Source: an uncultured Spirochaetota bacterium
Lineage (GTDB): Bacteria; Spirochaetota; Spirochaetia; SZUA-6; Fen-1364
Assembly (NCBI GenBank): GCA_963710335.1
Contig: CAVQAA010000010.1
Coordinates: forward strand, 286,923-350,922
DNA length: 64,000 bases
Direction of reading: 5' to 3'
Shown: piece by piece, positions 55,567 through 64,000 of the stretch
Layout: each line of letters begins with the position of its first letter
How positions within the stretch are numbered: position 1 is the stretch's first letter
Program-made: the position numbers and the translations under genes
The notes under the pieces: generated by a model
Database searches by the model: none
What the model was told of the DNA's origin: nothing
Seen by the model: only the letters and a program-made list of their open reading frames with translations

Positions 55567-56859
55567 ATGAAAAGGATGATGGCGTGCTTTGGCGCGATGG
55601 CTTTCATTTTGGCCGTGGCACCTGGATGGGCCGCTGACCAGATGGAGCTCAAGGTCGTCCTGCATCCCGACTGGGGTCCTACGGGCAACAACCTGGCGTG
55701 GACTGGCAAGCCAAGCGCCCTGTACAGGCTGGCATTCGCCAAGTTCAACGAGAAATACCCCAACATCAAGATCGTCGGGGAGGAGATCCTTGGGGATACG
55801 GAAGGAAGAGACAAGTACCTGCTTGCCGCACGTCAGGGAAACCCGCCCGACGTGATGGGGATCGATGGGTTCTGGGCGGCCGCCTTTGCCAGCATCGGAG
55901 CCCTTGTACCCCTGGACAACCTGCTGCCCAAGGAGCTGCTGAGCGACTATTACGATGCGTTCAAGTTGAAGTATGGCGGCAAGATCATCTGCCTGGTTCC
56001 GGGCACGGACTTCAACTCCATGCTCTGGTATCGGAAAGACCTCTTTAAAGAGGTCGGCCTGACGAAGCCTCCTGAGAACTGGAACGAGCTGAGGGAGTAT
56101 GCGCGAAAGCTCACACGGAACGGCAGATACGGCCTTGCCCTCAGCGGGCAGAAAAGCGAGCTGACCACGGTGACTGTCCTTGGTTTCTATTGGCAGGGCA
56201 GCGACAAGTTCATGAACGATGACGGCACTCCGGCGTACAACAACCAGGCCAGCCTGGACGCCTTCAAGTTCTTTGCCGATCTCTACAAGAACAAGTGGTT
56301 GCCGCCGGAGACGATCAACGACGGGTATGCCGAAACCCAGCAGCTATTCTTCACCGACAAGGTCGCTATGATGCTGCACGGGTCCTGGCTTAAGAGCAGG
56401 ATGGATGAGCTGGCGCCGAATCTGAAGGGGAAAATCGGGCTTGCGCCGAATCCCCGCGATCCGCGGACCGGCAACTGGGGACAGAACTCAGGCGGGTGGG
56501 GCATCGCCGTCACGACCAAGGACCCGGCAAAGCAGGAGGCTGCGGCCTACCTCGTTTCTCTCATCGCAGGGCTCGACAAGAACATCTACCGGGAATGGCT
56601 GCATGAAGTAGGCAACATTCCCACCACAAAGTCGGCCGCCGCTGACCCCTCCTTCAGGGCCACGGAGTGGGACCGTACCGTGATGGACAACCTCAAGTAC
56701 AGCCACACACGGCCGGTGAACGCGCTGTATCCGGATGCCTCTCTTGAATGGGCCCAGGCTTTCCAGGAGACCCTTCTCGGCGCAGACCCGCAGAAGGCGC
56801 TCGCGGGGGCAGTCCAGCGCGCAGTGCAGATCGGGAAAGACAAGGGGTTGCTTCAGTAG
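55567..56859 (+). CDS. Sugar ABC transporter substrate-binding protein (CUT1)
   Basis: Signal peptide, KYPNIKI, PPDV, LWYRKDLF, PPENWNEL, GGWG. Confidence 0.9.
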   Translation: MKRMMACFGAMAFILAVAPGWAADQMELKVVLHPDWGPTGNNLAWTGKPSALYRLAFAKFNEKYPNIKIVGEEILGDTEGRDKYLLAARQGNPPDVMGIDGFWAAAFASIGALVPLDNLLPKELLSDYYDAFKLKYGGKIICLVPGTDFNSMLWYRKDLFKEVGLTKPPENWNELREYARKLTRNGRYGLALSGQKSELTTVTVLGFYWQGSDKFMNDDGTPAYNNQASLDAFKFFADLYKNKWLPPETINDGYAETQQLFFTDKVAMMLHGSWLKSRMDELAPNLKGKIGLAPNPRDPRTGNWGQNSGGWGIAVTTKDPAKQEAAAYLVSLIAGLDKNIYREWLHEVGNIPTTKSAAADPSFRATEWDRTVMDNLKYSHTRPVNALYPDASLEWAQAFQETLLGADPQKALAGAVQRAVQIGKDKGLLQ

Positions 56860-56873
56860 CCCGGTTCGTGATA

Positions 56874-56898
56874 GCCAGGGGGCAGGTTGCCCCCTGGC
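56874..56898 (+). other. Stem-loop after the substrate-binding protein gene
   Basis: GCCAGGGGGCA-GGT-TGCCCCCTGGC, an 11-bp perfect stem with no U-tract. Confidence 0.6.
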
Positions 56899-56922
56899 GC
56901 TCCTGGTGGGGTGAGATGGAAG

Positions 56923-57795
56923 ATGCGGACAAGCAAGTATTCAGTGTTTTTTACGCCGGCATTTGTTTTCCTGGGACTTTTCACGTTCGTTCCATTGGCG
57001 TACATGCTAGGAATCGCGTTTTCGAATGCCAGCCTTGTCACGCTTCGCTGGAGATACGTCGGGCTGCAGAACTTCTTCCGTTTCTTCACCAATCCGGACG
57101 CCGGTCTTGTGCTCGCGAATACGCTGAGGTACGTGGCAATCGTCATCTTTTTCCAGTTCGTGATCGGCTTTCTCTTCGCGCTTCTCCTGAACTCGCTCCC
57201 GGCAAGCCGGCTCATCAAGAGCGTCATCGGAGCGGTTCTTTTTCTTCCTTGGATCTTTTCTGACGTCATAGCCGTCGGGGCCTGGAAATGGATGTTCAAC
57301 GACACGTACGGGATGGTCAACTACTACATCACTCGCCTTGGACTCCCGGAGGTCGGGTGGTTTTCAGATCCGCGCGTAGCTCTCTACACGCTGATCATGC
57401 TCAACATTTGGAAGGGATATCCGTTTTCCATGGTTCTCGAGCACGCCGGTCTGCAGACCATCCCCGCCGAGGTGACTGAAGCCGCGAAAATCGACGGGGC
57501 CGGCAGCTTCAAGACCCTCGTGTACGTCAAGCTTCCCCTGATGCGTTATATCATCCTGAGCAACCTCATCCTCATCACGATCTACACTTTCAACCTTTTC
57601 AATCTTGTCTATGCCGCAACGCAGGGCGGTCCCCTGCACCGGACGGAGATCATCGGCGTGTACATGTACAACGAGGCGTTCAACACGTCACGGATCGGCT
57701 ACAGTGCGAGCATTGCCATGGTCATGACGGCGTTCAACACCATCGCGGCGTTAGTCTACCTGGCCCTCCTGAGGAACAGGCGGGCAGCGGCGTGA
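56923..57795 (+). CDS. Sugar ABC transporter permease
   Basis: VGLQNF, WKWMFN, EAAKIDGA. Confidence 0.9.
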   Translation: MRTSKYSVFFTPAFVFLGLFTFVPLAYMLGIAFSNASLVTLRWRYVGLQNFFRFFTNPDAGLVLANTLRYVAIVIFFQFVIGFLFALLLNSLPASRLIKSVIGAVLFLPWIFSDVIAVGAWKWMFNDTYGMVNYYITRLGLPEVGWFSDPRVALYTLIMLNIWKGYPFSMVLEHAGLQTIPAEVTEAAKIDGAGSFKTLVYVKLPLMRYIILSNLILITIYTFNLFNLVYAATQGGPLHRTEIIGVYMYNEAFNTSRIGYSASIAMVMTAFNTIAALVYLALLRNRRAAA

Positions 57796-57811
57796 AGGGG
57801 CGGGAAGAGCA

Positions 57812-58648
57812 ATGAAGGTGCGACGTGGCGGGTTTTCCGTCATCGCATGGCTTCTGATTATCATGGCGATGCTGTTCGCCATCATCCCTATTGCGTGGAT
57901 CATGATCTGTTCGATTCAGCCTGACAGCGCTCTGTATACCTATCCGCCCAAATGGTTGCCCCGCAGCATCGACCTTTCCAACTACCTCATGGTCCTGACG
58001 CGCACCAGCATACCCCGCGACATGCTCAACAGCCTCATCGTCTGCGCCTGTGCGGTGCTCCTGGGCCTTTTCTGCAGTTCGCTGTTCGCCTACGGCCTTT
58101 CACGAAGCCGCTCCCGGCACAAGGGCGGCATCATGCTGACCATCCTGATCGCTCAGATGATTCCTCCCATCATCCTCATCCTGCCCCTCTACCTGCTGAT
58201 GTACGAGATGCATCTCCTGAACACGTACGTCTCCCTGATCCTCGTCTATGCCACCCAGATCATGCCCCTCAGCGTCATCATGCTCACGGGCTTCTACGAC
58301 TCCATCCCGCAGGCGCTGGACGAGTCGGCCCACATCGACGGGTGCAACAGGTTCCAGATCTTCTTTCTGCTGTTCCGACTGGTCGTGCCCGGGTTGGCTG
58401 CAATGGCGGTCCTCGGGTTCGTGATCGTGTGGAACGAGTTCATTGTCTCTCTGACGCTGATCTCTGAAAGCGTCAAGAAGACCTACCAGCTTGGTCTCTA
58501 TGATCTCATGGTCAACATTACAACGCACTACATGCGATACGGGATCTTCAACGGCGCGGCCATGCTCGGGCTGATCCCGATGCTGATTGCCTACATGTTC
58601 TCAAACAAGTTCTTCATTGCGGGTCTCACCGAGGGTTCCGTAAAGTAG
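57812..58648 (+). CDS. Sugar ABC transporter permease
   Basis: ESAHIDG, WNEF, GLTEGSVK. Confidence 0.9.
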   Translation: MKVRRGGFSVIAWLLIIMAMLFAIIPIAWIMICSIQPDSALYTYPPKWLPRSIDLSNYLMVLTRTSIPRDMLNSLIVCACAVLLGLFCSSLFAYGLSRSRSRHKGGIMLTILIAQMIPPIILILPLYLLMYEMHLLNTYVSLILVYATQIMPLSVIMLTGFYDSIPQALDESAHIDGCNRFQIFFLLFRLVVPGLAAMAVLGFVIVWNEFIVSLTLISESVKKTYQLGLYDLMVNITTHYMRYGIFNGAAMLGLIPMLIAYMFSNKFFIAGLTEGSVK

Positions 58649-58897
58649 CGGGCGGCCGTCATGTCCTCCAGATGCCACCCGCTTGCTCGGGAGGAGCTTC
58701 AGGTTGAGGTTTGCCGGCAATCTCGCGGCTGTAGTTCGAGTCTGCCGTTCTTCTCGCAGTGCAACCGAAAGCAGAGGTGCGCGGGCAATCCACAGACTGA
58801 CAGAGAGCGTCATCCCTTTGCGTCCTGCGTTGTGAATGACGAATGCCTTATGTGTTTTGGCTTTTTCTGCCCCAGGGCGGCTTTTCGGCCACACCCG

Positions 58898-59713
58898 CTA
58901 CGAGCGCGCGGCGGGGCCGCCCTCGCTTTCCTTGGCTAGAGGATTGATTCCCAGCCGGGTCAGCGCAAAATCATAGCGCACAGGATCGTCAGGACGGAGC
59001 TCCGCAAATCCCCGAGTGATCTCCAAGGCTGTTTTCAGGTTGGGCTGGCGGCGCCGGGTGAGCCCTATCCTTGCGGCTATCCGAAAAAGGTGAGTGTCCA
59101 GGGGAACGACGAGAAGCGCGGGTGACGCGCATGTCCACGGGCCCAGGTCCACGGCATCACGGCGCACCATCCATCGAAGGTACAGGTTGAGCCGCTTGCA
59201 TGCGCTGCCGTCCTCCGGTGAGGAAAGAAGGCTTGCGCATGCATCCGCCCCGCCCGCGAAACCCCGAAGGCGTTGGACGAACTCGGTGAGGGCCGAAAGG
59301 ATGGAATCATCCCTTCTGCCAAGTCCGGCCGCGAACATTCGTTCGAGACTGCCGTGCGTTTCCACGGAGCGCTTGATTCCCACCAGGAGGGATGAGACTT
59401 CACTTCCGGCGCTGAACCTGTGCTTGAAGTCGCCAAACAGATGGAGTATTTCCCTCGGTTTCGAGCGCTCGACGAAGGACCGGGGGCTGCCGAGCCGGCT
59501 CATTACTTTCCGGATGCTTGCCAGGATCTGCGTCACGCGACCGTACGCAAGGCAGGCGGCGATGAGACCCGCTATCTCCTGGTCCAGCGGGTCCTTGTAA
59601 TCGTAGAGAATCTCCAGAGGATCTGGGTGAACGTACTCCCTGCGGTTGTATGCGTCGTACAAGGCATCCAGTCGGTCCTTCAGTCCGGCCGGGCCGACCG
59701 TTGCCCGGGAAAT
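58898..59713 (-). CDS. TIGR02757/DUF2400 family protein (start uncertain: ATT 59713 or TTG 59662)
   Basis: HPDPL, LAYGRV, FKHRF, SACKRLNLYLRWMVR, PLDTH, DDPVRYDFAL. Confidence 0.88.
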   Translation of the reverse strand: MSRATVGPAGLKDRLDALYDAYNRREYVHPDPLEILYDYKDPLDQEIAGLIAACLAYGRVTQILASIRKVMSRLGSPRSFVERSKPREILHLFGDFKHRFSAGSEVSSLLVGIKRSVETHGSLERMFAAGLGRRDDSILSALTEFVQRLRGFAGGADACASLLSSPEDGSACKRLNLYLRWMVRRDAVDLGPWTCASPALLVVPLDTHLFRIAARIGLTRRRQPNLKTALEITRGFAELRPDDPVRYDFALTRLGINPLAKESEGGPAARS

Positions 59714-59715
59714 CG

Positions 59716-62391
<2,676 letters not shown>

Positions 62392-62459
62392 GTGGAGTGC
62401 ATAATAACAAAAGAAGGGAGCAGTGTGCTATAGTGAGGAGTGAGCGTCCGGAGGCGCCT

Positions 62460-63071
62460 GTGGAGAGATCAAAAGGCTCAGGTCTCTTTGTTTTGCTCTT
62501 TCTCGGCTTGCTTGCCGGGTGCGGCAACGCAGGCAACGCCGCCAATCCGACAAGCACCGACTCCCTCAGCTTTTCCATCGACGCGTTCCCGGATGCGACG
62601 ATCGATGTCACTTTGAATGTTGTCAATTCCGTGACTCTGGCCTCACTGTTCAACCAGGCCTACCCGGGGCAGGTCACGCCTTTTTCGGCCAGCTGTTCAT
62701 ATCCGGCCGCAACAGCCAACGTCAGCATGTCGGTGAAGTTTCATCTTCTCGGCTCGGCAGCGCTTCGCAATGGAACCAACACGACGGCGGGGACCACCTT
62801 GACAGACGGGAGCGCAGCCTTCACGAGCTATACGCTTCCCCTTTTCGTCGTGGACAATCCGACAAGCCCGACGGTCATTGCCGACGTCACCGCCGCAACG
62901 GCAACGACCCTGACTCTGGCCACTGCTTTCCCCGCGGGCGCGTATTATCTTTTTCAAACGAAGCAGATGGGCGGATTGATCACCTGGACAGAGGCCGGCG
63001 CCAGCACGTTTCCGGTTTTCTGCAACGACGACACGCTGGGAACCGTGCAACTGTCCATCAACAACCTGTAG
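62460..63071 (+). CDS. Hypothetical Thr/Ala-rich lipoprotein
   Basis: GTG after SD GGAGG. Lipobox LFVLLFLGLLAGC. Confidence 0.72.
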   Translation: MERSKGSGLFVLLFLGLLAGCGNAGNAANPTSTDSLSFSIDAFPDATIDVTLNVVNSVTLASLFNQAYPGQVTPFSASCSYPAATANVSMSVKFHLLGSAALRNGTNTTAGTTLTDGSAAFTSYTLPLFVVDNPTSPTVIADVTAATATTLTLATAFPAGAYYLFQTKQMGGLITWTEAGASTFPVFCNDDTLGTVQLSINNL

Positions 63072-63075
63072 AGCA

Positions 63076-63104
63076 TTGACAGCGCTTCCCGGCCTCCCTA
63101 CTAT
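63076..63104 (+). promoter_or_regulatory. Near-leaderless sigma70 promoter of ribokinase
   Basis: TTGACA-N17-TACTAT, 8 nt before the ATG. Confidence 0.7.
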
Positions 63105-63112
63105 TCGAGGCA

Positions 63113-64000
63113 ATGGATGGCAGAGTGCTGGTCTTCGGAAGCATCAACACCGACCTGACCGTGTACGTCGACAAGCTGCCCCATCCGGGAGAAACGGTGA
63201 CGGGCGGGACGTGGGACAGCTTCCCCGGCGGAAAAGGCGCCAACCAGGCAGTGGCTGCCGCCAGGGCCGGAGCGGACGTTGCAATCTACGGCTGCCTTGG
63301 AGATGATGGATTCGGCAAGGACAGGCTGGCCAGCCTTGCCGCAACGGGCATTTCCACCGCGGGAGTGCGCGTGCGCGCAGGAGCGCGCTCCGGGGTTGCG
63401 CTCATCATGGTAGACGCCGAAGGTGAGAACTCCATTGCGGTTGCCCCGGGCGCCAACATGCAGTTTGAGGCAGAGGGGGTGGAAATCCCCGCTGTTCCCG
63501 CCGGTGAGGCCTGGGTGGCCCTTTTTCAGAATGAAATTCCCCGGCAGACCACGGAGGCTCTCATCAGAAAGACCCGGCAGGCCGGGTGCATTGTGATGTG
63601 GAACATCGCCCCGACAATCGGCCGTCGCCCGGGAAAGGAAATCCTTGGCTTTGTCGATTATCTGGTCTGCAACAAGAACGAGATCCAGGCCCTTGTCGGA
63701 GGGGATGAAAGCGTTGAGAGCCAGGCCAAGGTCCCGCTTGGCTGGGGCGTGAAGAATGTCATCGTGACGCTGGGAAGGAAGGGGAGCTTTCTGCTGAACG
63801 GGTCGGGCGCGCACCGCCAGGAGGCCTACCCGGTGGAGGCAGTGGATGCCGTGGGCGCAGGAGACTGCTTCTGCGGAGTCCTTGCAGCTTCTCTTGCCTC
63901 AGGCAGCCCCGTGGAGGCCTCTTTGCGCCTTGCCTCGGCTGCCGCGGCCATCTCTACCACCCGGCGCGGCGCGCAGCCCTCCATGCCCGCGCGAGCTGAG
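63113..64000 (+). CDS. rbsK: Ribokinase (3' end runs off the window; absent from the ORF track)
   Basis: Manual translation: MDGRVLVFGSINTDL..PHPGETV..PGGKGANQAVAAARAG..GENSIAVAPGAN..DAVGAGDCFCG. Confidence 0.93.
   Translation, partial: MDGRVLVFGSINTDLTVYVDKLPHPGETVTGGTWDSFPGGKGANQAVAAARAGADVAIYGCLGDDGFGKDRLASLAATGISTAGVRVRAGARSGVALIMVDAEGENSIAVAPGANMQFEAEGVEIPAVPAGEAWVALFQNEIPRQTTEALIRKTRQAGCIVMWNIAPTIGRRPGKEILGFVDYLVCNKNEIQALVGGDESVESQAKVPLGWGVKNVIVTLGRKGSFLLNGSGAHRQEAYPVEAVDAVGAGDCFCGVLAASLASGSPVEASLRLASAAAAISTTRRGAQPSMPARAE

Noticed and set aside
58601-58939. Small ORFs on both strands between the permease and the TIGR02757 gene
   Set aside because: No SD or motifs, and they overlap neighbouring genes. 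Left as unexplained spacer.

Overview
GC-rich bacterial chromosome segment, most likely from a spirochaete. This is inferred from a long MetRS with a C-terminal tRNA-binding domain directly followed by a FemAB-family gene, plus lipoproteins and a TonB C-terminal domain that indicate a diderm. I found no rRNA, tRNA, CRISPR array or prophage. Contents in order: hflKC, chrA, a DUF2917/MocR pair, a sirtuin, metG-femX, an MFS/glucose dehydrogenase/GH15 operon, a copA-csoR-YHS-DUF302 copper operon, an Opp ABC system and a TetR-SDR pair. Next comes a ~11 kb sulfur cluster (metA, DUF4395, thioredoxin, two Rrf2 regulators, metY, cysK, an atypical MnmA, ThiF, cysteine desulfurase) interrupted by a truncated ISNCY-like element. 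After it lie lysA, leuB, a DMT/Crp pair, a divergent xylose isomerase, an unknown protein-DegT-macro/NUDIX operon, a broken TonB gene, a GntR/GH38/sugar-ABC block, valS and ribokinase. The best candidate for an undescribed system is the sulfur cluster. Its two promoter regions share an ACTAC-N16-GTAGT operator, its two Rrf2 paralogues have near-identical DNA-binding helices (one Cys-less, one Cys-rich), and its MnmA paralogue has a rearranged cysteine set. Other signals include probable ATT start codons, several leaderless promoters and several enzymes with substituted catalytic residues. Three genes carry single-base frameshifts that may be assembly errors. All family assignments come from motif recognition by eye, not database searches.
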